A stretch of 62,627 bases of DNA, the filler included, from Basidiobolus ranarum (Eukaryota): NCBI GenBank assembly GCA_040143965.1. It is 15 parts of 15 records of this genome, joined end to end, with 100 filler letters (N's around TTAATTAATTAA, not from the genome) between each part and the next. Parts side by side here need not be neighbours in the genome. Positions count along the whole stretch, not along the records: positions 37,685 to 41,762 come from JASJQH010009003.1; positions 41,863 to 45,939 come from JASJQH010009004.1; positions 46,040 to 50,114 come from JASJQH010009005.1; positions 50,215 to 54,287 come from JASJQH010009006.1; 11 more parts are not named here. The stretch is one strand, 5' to 3'. Position numbers and translations under genes: made by a program. The notes beneath the pieces were generated by a model that was not told where the DNA came from, made no database searches, and saw only the letters and a program-made list of their open reading frames with translations. Shown here one piece after another: positions 40,030 through 51,296 of this stretch. How positions within the stretch are numbered: position 1 is the stretch's first letter; every line of letters begins with the position of its first letter.

Positions 40030-40102
40030 CAACCCAACCGGGGGTCGAACCCGGGACTTTCCGCTTAGGAGGCGGACGCTCTATCCACTGAGCTACAGGG
40101 CC
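40030..40102 (-). tRNA. tRNA-Arg(CCU)
   Basis: GGCCCTGTAGCTCAGTGGATAGAGCGTCCGCCTCCTAAGCGGAAAGTCCCGGGTTCGACCCCCGGTTGGGTTG; anticodon CCT; weak acceptor stem (3 G-U, 1 U-U). Confidence 0.85.
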
Positions 40103-41696
40103 TTGTTAAGTCAGTTGCTTCAGCCATGTCAATATTTTGCACACATATATTATAAGTGTAAACTTAGCATCGGAGACAAAATTTACGATGCACTAGAAAC
40201 GGGTGATCATTGCTCGAAAATAGCAGATCGAAATTAAGTTAAGCAGTTAAGTTATCAGCGAATCAAATTCGGAAATTGCACTCATCTCAGGAACTCGGTT
40301 CAATGTAGCCATAATAGCAGTGACATTGGCACTGGGTTCACAAAAGTAAAAATTTCAACGAATGTCGTGACTAAGAATACAACCAATTGCTTATTGCAAA
40401 GCAAAGAAATTCATTATTATTAGAGCTATTATTTTCGAACATAAAAGCACTTCGCCGCGCAAGCGATAAGCAAGTTTGTTGCCATTGCATAAGAGTTTTA
40501 GACATGGACTAATATTGAGAAATTCGGACATGCGGAAGTGGTGAAGCATCACATATACCGTATGAACTATCTAATTGAGGATGTGATTAATACATTTAAG
40601 ATTCTATTTCTGTAAGGAGCTACTTCTAGGTATTTCAATCCCATAATCAAATGTCATCTCAATGTTTGATGAAAAATGAGTGGAAATTCTTTTATGAAAA
40701 TCAATTCTCAGTAGGAAACTTTTACCTGTTATTTTATAATAACAATTAGTTTTCAACATGATGTAATCTGGGCGACATTACTCAATTATGATTAAAATCC
40801 CCCAGGTGAACTCGGATTGCAACCCGAGTAGTTCACCGTTTACTGACTTGAGAAACTTCATCTTTGTCAAAATATTCAATTATGATGCATATATAACAGC
40901 TGAAGCTCATACATGAACTGAACATGCGGCAGTACTCCGTTATATTTTTTATGGACTACAAGGTTAATATTCGAAAATGATATATTACTCAGTCTTTAGT
41001 AAATGACAGATATTTTTTGTGGCAGATAAGGGGTACTTATTTTGTTAATGTAAATGGCCACGTATGTTAGGTACTAAGTATGTAGTTTTTTATTTTAAAA
41101 TGTTCTATTGCTCTTCGGTCTTGATTTTTTTAGTGTTTGTGTCTAGTAGCTACCATGGAGATCATATGTGGCTTTAATCTGTGTTCAAATTGATTTTAAA
41201 TACGGTTGCGTGAGTCTATTGAAGCTACTGACACTTCAACCCTGCATCAACACTCTCACCGATGTGATTGCGTGCGTATCCAGTTTCACTCAGTGAATAA
41301 GGACTAGGGTAATGAAGAGGTATACTCTTTTTCAGTACTAGCACAGACTCCGGTTAGTGAGATGAAAGTCCTAGTTTTGGCTTGTCGGTTCTTAGAAGAT
41401 GTAATCAATTAGTCGCTGTTGTCAGATCGCACGTAAAGGAGCACCTGTACTGTAGAATCACAAAGTCAATCTATGTACCGATATCTCCATGGTATAAATG
41501 GGTAATTTTAAGTTCAATACAGAGTTGCTAAAGTAAATATTAAAATCAAGAAAAACGCTATAGATCATGCTAAGAATCAGATTTTCATAATAAAACCCTA
41601 CATATAAAATCTTTTCAGAGAGAAAATCAAAATTATATTGGCGGCTTGGTGATGAACATGTGCATCTGACATCCCAAAAGCATGATAAAGTAAAAG

Positions 41697-41762
41697 AAAA
41701 AATTTCCTCCGAAGAGGTGTCCACTCAAGATTTACGTGTCATCCTTGTGCAGGGGCCATGCT
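41697..41762 (-). ncRNA. U6: U6 spliceosomal snRNA, 3' portion (contig break)
   Basis: AGCATGGCCCCTGCACAAGGATGACACG (AGC triad and ISL region) followed by a T6 run. Confidence 0.88.
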
Positions 41763-41862
41763 NNNNNNNNNNNNNNNNNNNNNNNNNNNNNNNNNNNNNN
41801 NNNNNNTTAATTAATTAANNNNNNNNNNNNNNNNNNNNNNNNNNNNNNNNNNNNNNNNNNNN

Positions 41863-42240
41863 CAAAAAATGAATGCGAACATTGTTCTTAAGCAAAAGTC
41901 GAGGAATAGCACGGATAGAAGCTTCTTCTTGTGGCATCTGGGTCAAGATGTAGATGAGATAGTTGTTGTAGTCAGGGATTTTGTTGAAAGAATCCAGTTT
42001 CTACAGGAAAGAAAGTATTAGCGGCTGTGATGACAACTGGTTGGCCTGAGAATATATATAGATGGAAATACAAATAGAATTCTTCTCAACAGTAGATATC
42101 CGTTGAGGTCAAATGAATATTAGGCGAAATGAAGGTATTACCTGCTGAACCATAGTTTGTACTTCATTGTTGGAAGATATTGAATCTTTTAGAAGCTGTA
42201 AGAGCTGAAGGAGATCTTCCTGTCGAGGAGCCCAGTTCAT
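41863..42240 (-). CDS. KAP104: Transportin (importin beta-2), 5' fragment
   Basis: Exon 42240-42142, GT-AG intron 42141-42001, exon 42000-41863: MNWAPRQEDLLQLLQLLKDS..VQQ/KLDSFNKIPDYNNYLIYILT..IR..LLLKNNVR. Not in the ORF track. Confidence 0.88.
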
Positions 42241-43470
42241 TTTCGTTTTTATATAAAATCCACTAGAAATGAGTCAGAGGTAGTTTAATATGCGAAATAT
42301 AATAACGCATGATGACTCGATAAATCATGAGATGTCATACTACACATTACGGTTCTAGTATAAGGGTACTTACAAAAAGATGAAGCAAGGGATATGAGGG
42401 GAAACGACAACACAGTCAATGCAAAGACAATATACACCAACTAACTTGAGGTAAGCAAGCCAGAAAGAAAATTTAGTGGCCTCACGTTGCTTGAAAAATC
42501 CAGGGTGTATCAAGAATTCACTAATAACCCAACTATGAGTGGATTTTTTTAGAGAAAAAAAAGAAATCAACTTACCATATGAATACCTCTCCTCGTACTG
42601 AACTTGTTGAGAAATTATCGCCTTTGAATTCAAGTGGTATTATTCATCACAACCGCTAATTGGATTCACCATAATTAACACAGTGCTGAGGGGGCTTCCA
42701 ATCACAGGTCTTATCGGCAGATGAGGTAAATCAAAAGATGTTATTGCCAACATGATCCCATTCGTTATATGCGTTTGAAGTTGCAAAGAATGCAATTAGT
42801 ATATTTGTAGTATAAGATACCTAGCTGGTGAGCGACGATGGATAGACGCTGCTGATTGGTCTGCCCTGATATCTAATACGATTGCATTAATTTGAATGAT
42901 GTGTAGGATGTTGCACGGCATTTCTTTGTTCAGATCGTCAACAATCTCTCGATGTATGGAGACTTCGAGCACCAACCAAATCCAGGAGAGCACATATAAA
43001 CTTAACGATCTCGAGATCTCAAGATCCTCACAAAGAGCAGTGATACGAGTTTCACACTTGTTAATCATCAAATTGGTACCTTAGCATGCCAACATATGCC
43101 GCATTACATCTATCTGTTCAATGCTCGATTGAAGCCGTACAGTTGCGTTCTTTGGCAAGCGCACCGGGGTGGGGGGTTATTCACCGAATTCATGCGCTGC
43201 TTGGATATTGGCATATACGCTTCGTAATGTGGTTATATTTAGTCAAGATCCGATCTGAATCCTCATAAGGCTTCGTTTATGAGGAGAAAAGTTAAGTTCG
43301 AAGTTTAAATTACATCAACAAATGGTAGATGTAGCCTGTGGCCAATCAAGAGGAGTATTCTGGCCACTCTTGGATTTGATAAGTTGGCGAAAAAGAAAAA
43401 AAAGATCCACGATTTAAAGAGTGACCTTGCCAGTCTTGCAGTTGCACGACTGTTGACATTGTAGCTACCG

Positions 43471-43874
43471 ATGACCAAGTTGAACTTATTTGACGAAGAA
43501 GAGGATACTCTTCATCCTTTACTCGAGAAGGCTCTATACGAGATATTTGAGCGTTTTGATCTTGACAAAGATGGTGCTCTCAATGAAAAAGAATTAGAGG
43601 CCTTTTCTTCCGCCACAAACGGTGAACCTGTAAGGAATTCTGAGTGATTTTATTCCAACTGAATTTCCCCACTAATTCCTTCTCTGTTTAGTTCGACGAA
43701 GATACAGTGGAGGAAATCAAAGACAATTTTGACATTAATGAAGATGGTGATTTGACCAAGAAGGGTTTCTACCAAATGTATCACTTACAAACTCTGTCAG
43801 AGCCCGAGGAAACTTGGAAAGACTTGAAAAAACATGGCTATGATGATCAACTAGTATTCACACAAGAGAAATAA
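43471..43874 (+). CDS. Small (113 aa) EF-hand protein with Miro/Gem1-like EF-associated motif
   Basis: Exons 43471-43629 and 43692-43874: ALYEIFERFDLDKDGALNEKEL..FDINEDGDLTKKGF..EETWKDLKKHGYDDQL. Not in the ORF track. Confidence 0.85.
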
Positions 43875-44676
43875 GCCGTCGTTTGCTCTTATCGTGTATT
43901 GTACTGTTCCTAATCCCTGTAAAGTGATTTCAAAACTTATTTTCGTGAATATCTTGACCTAAAGGATACTGATTAAAGTGGGTCTGCTTTTGATTTCACA
44001 GCGTAATATGTTGTTTGCAAACTTATAATAATATCTTGGGAGTTTTCAATGGTAGCATGTGATGTATGGGGAAATAGTGAATGCTGCAATATGCTAAAAT
44101 TATCTCCATGATAGTGAATTAGGATAGTTGCCCATAAATCATGTACATGCTTTGCCAGTATGTAATTTCAAAAATTAATTATCTCGTAGAAGAATTCTCT
44201 TTTCGATTATATCACAACGAAGCAGCCTATGCTCATGTTTTGAAAATGTGTGACCACCATGCTAAATTGCTGTAAAGATTTTCGTCACTACCGACTCCAG
44301 CTATGCAAGAACTTGGTGCAAGTTGTAAAATGCAAATCATGTCAATGGCTGGCAGTATGAGTGGCCACAAAGGTATTAGAAAATAGTATGATGGTATATT
44401 AGTCTATGAGGGAACGCACTTCAAAAGAGCTTCAACAAATGTGAGTATTATGAAGAAAGATTGGATATTGGTTTATGTTGTGTAGCTGCTTAAATGTGAA
44501 CTATATCATGAATGGTGACTGGTGTGAAGGGAGATGAAAGCTTTCTAAAAAATCAAGTTGCCAAGTCCCGTGACGAAATAATTACAATGTGAGGTGAGAG
44601 ATAGTACTGAATGATCACTAATTACTTGGTAATAACAAATCTATACAGCTAAATTCTGGTACAAGAACGCACCGAC

Positions 44677-45635
44677 CTAATGACTAATGTAGACTTGCTT
44701 GTTCGGTGACCATTCTTGGGTCGCTTTTTTAATGTTAACCCAGTACTGAAGTTGAATGGATAATAGCTTAGCTCTCTCCATATCATTCCGCTTAAAAGCA
44801 AGCGACAACTCTTGGATGGATTCCTTCAACTTGACATCATTAGCTAGTTTAATGTCCTCAACTTCAGCATCAGTTTGGGCATCTTCCAGTTCTTCGCGCA
44901 CCTCCAATACCTCCATCAACAGCTCCGGATCGTCTAACGACTCGGATTCATCAACTTGTATTCCTCGAAGCTCAAGCTATAGAAAATGATTTAGCAACCC
45001 TGCTTTGGTAAATGAAATTGAAAAAAATACAAACCAGGTATTGTGCACGATGAAGTGGATCCCGTAGAGTATGATAGGCTTTATTTAACCAAGCAGATTG
45101 GACCTGTGCGCACTCGAACTCTTTCTAGAAGGAGTATTGATGGTTAATACATATTTAGTAGAAGAGTAATTAGTGTCAATACCAACCTGAGGTTTACGGG
45201 TGTAACTATCGGGATGTAGTTGTTGTTGAAGGCTGAGATACTTCTTTTTGAGTTGAGCAATGTTTACATCAAACATTTCCTGGCTGTTAGATATCATATT
45301 AGTACACAGAAGGCATGGGTGAAACATAGTGTACAAACATACCCAACCAAAACTTCAAAAAAGGTGACCGACGTAGGTATCGGTTGGATAGTACCACAAG
45401 TGGTGTTATGACAAAATACTTCGCTACTTCTCAAATCTTCCTTACACCTCCAACAGCTTTTCCCTATCTCCGAAGAATGAGGGGAAGAACATGTGGCAAA
45501 TTGTCTTCCCAGCTGTTTTGGGGTATGTAGAGAGGGAACAAATAAGCTTTGTCTAACCGGTAGACGCGATATAGCTCTAGAAGGTATGTTACAACGAAGA
45601 ATCATGTACATCGGGGATTTACGTGTAAACGACAT
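44677..45635 (-). CDS. JAC1: Mitochondrial Fe-S cluster J-type co-chaperone HscB/Jac1, 4 exons
   Basis: Exons 45635-45343, 45283-45187, 45124-45035 and 44976-44677. Targeting-like N-terminus, CWRC..C..C..IQP zinc motif, HPD, NKAYHTLRDPLHRAQYLL and LMEVLEVRE. Confidence 0.93.
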
Positions 45636-46039
45636 AGCAAAGAAGTCGAATGAGTCCTCTGTTGAACGAAACCGAAGGGCATGCCAAGTAGTTTATATTG
45701 ATGATGAAAATCTTGGGGTTCATTTTGCCAGTGCTAAATTGGTTGGTGAATTTATTTATCCTTTCTCCTCTTTACGACTGGTCCGAAACAGCTCAATATG
45801 TTTGAGAGCAATCAACATTGAGACTAACCAATACTCTAAAATACTTCATTTGGAGAGCTTGCGAGGAATCGGATTGGATAGAAATCATGGTGCCCCAGAA
45901 TTCATCAGATATCCATCAACTGAAGGCGCCAGTGGAGTCNNNNNNNNNNNNNNNNNNNNNNNNNNNNNNNNNNNNNNNNNNNNTTAATTAATTAANNNNN
46001 NNNNNNNNNNNNNNNNNNNNNNNNNNNNNNNNNNNNNNN

Positions 46040-46293
46040 TTTTAGTTAGTTTATTCTTAAGAGTATATGGTGACTTATATAGTAGAAAAGTAAATCAATT
46101 GTTTGAGTTATTCAGGAGTTTTGTGTAATAAGATATAATAGATAAGTGGGAATAATAAGACATACTTGTTATATAGATATAGAGATATTCCTATTTAGAA
46201 TATAGGGGCTATAGACACGTTGCTTTCTGTTTCTGATATATGTATCATAACTAAAGTTAACTATGATGTTGAATAAAAATAAATTTTCCAACA
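46040..46293 (-). repeat. Repeat family D copy
   Basis: Reverse complement of 2699-2950. Confidence 0.78.
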
Positions 46294-47858
46294 GTTCTGC
46301 AGTGCACATTGCTTTTATTTATATTAATTGGAATACCTCAGTTACAAATACATGGCATTTTATACAACTTTTTAAATTTGTAGCACCTTTGTGCTGCACA
46401 GGTTACATAGCCCAAAAGTTTATTTTAATGACTATTTTGTTGTTTTGTATATAAATAAACAGGTATGGAGCTTAGTGCTAGTGAGCTGTCAATATTTGTA
46501 AAACATGAGTAGAAAGCTTTTATCAACACTTTCAATATTTCTAGATTTGTAGTATAATTATGATCTATCCAATATTTACTTTCTTCTTTATTTAATTTTG
46601 TAAACCTCACAAAGTTCTTACAAATATTACTAATTCATAATGTTAATCAACTTTCCTCATTACTCTCAATAGTATATAAAGGATATTCTCAATAAGTAAT
46701 TTATGAATAATCAAGCTAAAAAGTAGCCAGTTTACTTATGGTAAAATTAAAATACTTAAAAGCTTTCAGAGTATGACAGAAAACATCTGCACTTTGATTT
46801 CCCAGAGACTTGCAAATTTACAAGAATTAAAAAAATATTCAATATCTAAGATATTTCTTTAAATTCATAAAAATTATGAAAGCTAGAATAGGCGGTGTTA
46901 TAATGTTGGAAACATTGTCTCTTCCTCAGAGGTCTCAAAGGTCAGAGATCTGACCATTGCAAAATCTGGGCAAGCCCAATTCTTCACACATACTAGTGAC
47001 TTAAGTATATTGTGAGAAGGGTGTACATGGGGGATTGCATCCCCCAAACCCCTTGCTTTCTTTTTATACTGGGAGGACTGTGTCCCCCAGACCCCCTCTT
47101 TTCATCCTTACCCTCCCTTACCCGTACCAGAACATCTATACCTTAACCCTTGCTCTCTCCCACTCCACTTAATAGTGTCGTAGACTCTACTAACTTAACT
47201 TTTCCACTTTGCAACATTCATACCAATACTCCAGAACTTCACACTTAGATCAAGAAGCTACAAAAGTAGTTATAGCTTCTTTGTTTTGTTTGAAACAAAG
47301 ATTTCACCTGCTGGTGACTGTCTCCCCCCTAACTTCTGGATTCTTCCCATCTCATATTAGAGTAGTTTTATTCTGGGCAAGATTTCTACTCCAAATAAAT
47401 GACTGCAGATATCCACTGATTAAGAAGTGGCTAGCTACACCATCTTCATATGCATTATCATGCTGGAAATTGATCCAAGATGATCCTCTTGTTTCTGAGT
47501 TACCTTTATAGCTGCATGAAATAAAACATCCTAAAATTGTTGCTATAGACTTCCAGCTAGACCTTTGGAATCAATACCGTGCCTCTGAAACACCGTTCTT
47601 GATTCCCAATGTTTCAGGTTTTTGTCCTATTGTCCATCTGGTGTGTACTGAGTGCCTTCCTTTCTGCTTACCACCTCTGCCCCTTAGCACTATATTTACA
47701 TCCTCTGAACTTGATTACATTGTTCATCAAGTTAAGTATGGATATAATCCAGTATTGTCACAATATCTCAAAAAATAATGTCTTGATTGTAACTTAATTT
47801 AGGTTAGTATTTAAGCTAAATAAAGTCCACACCGTATGGTGCTTTTCATCCCCCCTGG

Positions 47859-48040
47859 AGAACACCAAGCCTAGCTGTCTATCAAACCTACTCTCTACTG
47901 TTATATAGCAAACCATTTCTATTCTCAAGACTCATATTAGTTAAATCTTTTCTACTTATATCTCCTGCTTAAACAGTTCAAAGATACTGCACTTAAATGT
48001 TTCTGGGTTCAGTCAAGTTCTTGACTTTTATCTGCTTTTC
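47859..48040 (+). repeat. ~180-bp diverged direct repeat (second copy 49931-50114), unidentified TE remnant
   Basis: AGAACACCAAGCCTAGCTG...CCTGCTTAAACAGTTC...GACTTTTATC shared by both copies, which flank the methyltransferase ORF. Confidence 0.8.
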
Positions 48041-48289
48041 TCTTGGTGATATTGGTATATTTTAACTTGACCACATATTGGTAGCTTCATATGCTAAATT
48101 GGCTTATTTATTTAATGGTTGTTAAATCATTTATTAAAAAAATATTACACCCTCTGATGTTTTTCATCCCCCTACCCTGGTTTAATGTGTTTTAAATAAC
48201 AAGATCGAATTGCCCAAGTGGCGATCTTTCTGCTCTCATGACTCAATTTAGCACCATGTGCCCAGTGCGTACAATATTTGAACAAGAAC

Positions 48290-49807
48290 CTACCTCTCTT
48301 CATGAATGATACAATGAGAGCGTACGAGAGCATAACGACCTTTAGGTTCCTCCCACCAACAGGAAAGACTAAATCCAGCATTTAAAAGTTCGGTGCGCAC
48401 CTCCTCTTTACAAAACTTATACGAAATACCTACTTGTAGCTCTTCTTTTTCCTTAAAGTGGACAGCACTGTTGGGGTTGGAGAGAGTAACTACATGCGGA
48501 ACCTTCGCCTGGAGTAAGTTCTCTACGCGCCGACATTGACGATTCCAGGTTGTAATATGGTTGAAATTGTCCAAATCGAAGTTTGCACCCAGTTCATAAT
48601 TAAGAACTGTCAATCCATTCTTGAAAAATGCGGCTAAGGAGCCCTTGCCATCGCCGTAGGCTGAGATCATGGCCTCTTCATCTTTAACCAAGTCCAGTCC
48701 TAGAAGTAGAGCATCGCCGCGCTGCATTTGAGAATGGATATTGCAAAATAAATGGTGTCGTTCTTGTGGCAGTTGATTCTCAATGGTACTGCCCAACATT
48801 GTCACTAAAGCGGGTCGGGCTTCAATATCGAAAGGGATCGGATCAGTAAAGTCACCGGCCATGCTCTTTATGACAAGGTTTTTATACTGGGCCCTTAGTG
48901 CGCATTTGCTCTTCTCTAGAGCGTCAGCGCTAATATCCACTGCGATATAATGCGTAAGATCACCTCCCACGTGGAAGATGTCAAGCAGCTTCTTAGCCTT
49001 TTCCGAAGAGCCTGAGCCCAGCTCAATGAGGGTGCGAGCAGCTACGCACGCTGCGATATCATCCGCGTGACGATCGATGATTGCACATTCAGTCTTAGTT
49101 AGGTAATATCCAGGGGCTTTAGTGACTTGTTCAAAGATTTGGCTGCCAAGGCAATCATAGATGTATTTTATTTGTACTCTCTTTGGAATCTCACAAAGCC
49201 CCATGAGCAAATCTTTCTGGGACTTTGATTGGACTTTGGCTGAGATAAACCAGCGGTATTGAGTATCCAAAGTGGCATCACTGGAGCTAATAGTTGGCAT
49301 CCATGAGGCTGGAGGGTTTTCTGGTAGTGGGGTGATAAGATTATTGAGGGTCCATGCACGACCGGCCCAACCACTTCTTGCTAATTGATTGACTGGATCA
49401 GACCAAGTGCTGCACCAGGGGACTAGTAACTCTCGTCTCCTATCTAATACTGAATCCTGTTCCAAAGTGACTAAGATATCTGAATGAATGTGATCGCACC
49501 ACATCTGGCTACCGTGGGCAGAGTAACCTCTTAGAGTTTCCAGTAACCTGCAAGTGGCCTCGTCATTCAGATAGGGCAATACGCCCTCGATAATCCAGAG
49601 TGTTGGTTTCTCCTTGGTAAAGTTGGTGGCACACAAAGGAGTGATCCAGTCTCCAGCAAGGTCGGCGGGGACAAGAGTACGGGAGAAATTGACTTTGGTT
49701 TCACTACTTGCTAGACGCTCCATCCTGGCCTGCAATCGCTCGGGAACGTCAATCTCGAAGACAATCAGATCCGAAGGAATTGTCATTCGAAAGGTTCGTA
49801 CATCCAG
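48290..49807 (-). CDS. Fused double methyltransferase: LCM/TIGR00027-type SAM MTase plus EgtD-like (Methyltransf_33) domain; 5' end missing
   Basis: N domain: LDVRTFRM..VFEID.P..ADL..DW..PTLWIIEGVLPYL. C domain (from ~49213): KYIYD.LGSQIFEQVT..YYLTKTE, ELGSGSSEK, LGSTIEN, LLLGLDLVKD..AY and ISYKF. About 500 open codons. Confidence 0.88.
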   Translation of the reverse strand: MDVRTFRMTIPSDLIVFEIDVPERLQARMERLASSETKVNFSRTLVPADLAGDWITPLCATNFTKEKPTLWIIEGVLPYLNDEATCRLLETLRGYSAHGSQMWCDHIHSDILVTLEQDSVLDRRRELLVPWCSTWSDPVNQLARSGWAGRAWTLNNLITPLPENPPASWMPTISSSDATLDTQYRWFISAKVQSKSQKDLLMGLCEIPKRVQIKYIYDCLGSQIFEQVTKAPGYYLTKTECAIIDRHADDIAACVAARTLIELGSGSSEKAKKLLDIFHVGGDLTHYIAVDISADALEKSKCALRAQYKNLVIKSMAGDFTDPIPFDIEARPALVTMLGSTIENQLPQERHHLFCNIHSQMQRGDALLLGLDLVKDEEAMISAYGDGKGSLAAFFKNGLTVLNYELGANFDLDNFNHITTWNRQCRRVENLLQAKVPHVVTLSNPNSAVHFKEKEELQVGISYKFCKEEVRTELLNAGFSLSCWWEEPKGRYALVRSHCIIHEER

Positions 49808-51296
49808 CTGAACCTTTTGGTTTAGTGTGTGTCTCAACAAATACAGGATCTCAACACTTCTCAGTGTTCCTCAACAAATTCAATATTCCTCTCTCATTTC
49901 TATCTAAGCCTAGTATTCACTAGCACCTACAGAACACCAAGCCTAGCTGCCTAGCAAACCTACTCTCTACCGTAACATAGCAACCCACTGCTATTCCCAA
50001 GAAATATATTAGTTAGATCTGCTCTGCTTATATATCCTGCTTAAACAGTTCTAAGATTCTGCACTTAACTGTTTCTTTGGTTCAGTAAAGTTCAAGACTT
50101 TTTATCCACTTTTCNNNNNNNNNNNNNNNNNNNNNNNNNNNNNNNNNNNNNNNNNNNNTTAATTAATTAANNNNNNNNNNNNNNNNNNNNNNNNNNNNNN
50201 NNNNNNNNNNNNNNGAGATGGACGATATTACGCGGCGCCTTGGTGAGCGAGCGTTCTCATAGACAGACCCCTAAACTTGATGATGCTCTCGTATCAGCAC
50301 TAAAGCTGCTTCTGCTTCAGGGGCAACTTGGGTAAGTCGTGATGCTTTACTACTCCGTGGGATATTAAGCAGACTTTTGATATCTTTGTTGCAGCATTGA
50401 AGCATTTTTGGGGATGATGATTGGCCTTCTCTTTGGCGTTAGTGTAGTGTTTCCCAATACCTTGCTGTCTCTCACTATGATCTCTGATCGGCAACCTGAC
50501 AGGATCGTAGCCGAGGCTAAGTACTCTATGAAAGTTTAGATCACCATTTGTTTGTGATGTATTGTGATGATATGCATCGACCATTTGTTATATTTTGATG
50601 GTGAATTGGTCAAGTATCACCTTCAATTTCTTCACTACATACAACATAGTCGATGCTTTCGCACTTGGGTTTGCGAGTAATATTCGTCAACTAAGCTAGC
50701 TCGAGTGTTAAGATTTCAAAATATGTTGACAAAGAAACGTCAAACTGACGTATTTCCAAGGCACGAAAGCAACCCTGTATATTATTAATATCTAATTGTC
50801 TGAGCGTCGAACTACCCACTGCGGAAATCAGGAAGAATATTCGATTTATTGACAAGTTTCCAGTATCAGGCCAGCCACTGTTGTTGTGCTTTGGATGAAT
50901 TCATGTAATGAGCTTCTTGTGTAAAGCGAGTAGCTCCACAATTCAGATGAAATTTGGAAGCGTTGTCTTTGAGGCAGACTGACCACAAGTTGATCAGAGC
51001 GGCTCTTGGTGTCACATGGGACAAAGTGTTGATTATTGAAGCAACCCGAGTAAACAGTCAAGAATTTATCTTTTTGAACTAATTATCAGTTTTTTTTCGA
51101 GTTACGAGTTTTCCGAACAAGTACAAACATCGTGCAAACTTTTTTCTGATAAAATTTGACAGATTGAAAAATGGTTAGTCCAATCAGACAAGATGAAATC
51201 AATATTCTAGACAACATCAAATCAGTCAAGTATATATACTAATTCCGTATTGATAAGTCCATCTCTTCGCTGAATAGGCCTGTTTCTTACCATAAA

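Noticed and set aside
39995-40237. 80-aa ORF
   Set aside because: It is an antisense reading of the tRNA-Arg(CCU) gene.
40805-40837. Hairpin GGTGAACTCGG...CCGAGTAGTTCACC
   Set aside because: It is an isolated inverted repeat with no supporting ncRNA or TE context.
45493-45987. 164-aa plus-strand ORF
   Set aside because: It overlaps JAC1 exon 1 in antisense, has no recognisable motif and runs into Ns.
48290-49840. Ergothioneine biosynthesis gene egtD/EGT1, and the ORF-track start at 49840
   Set aside because: There is no sulfoxide synthase domain and the His-binding residues are replaced. The first 11 codons come from non-homologous sequence with a non-ATG start.
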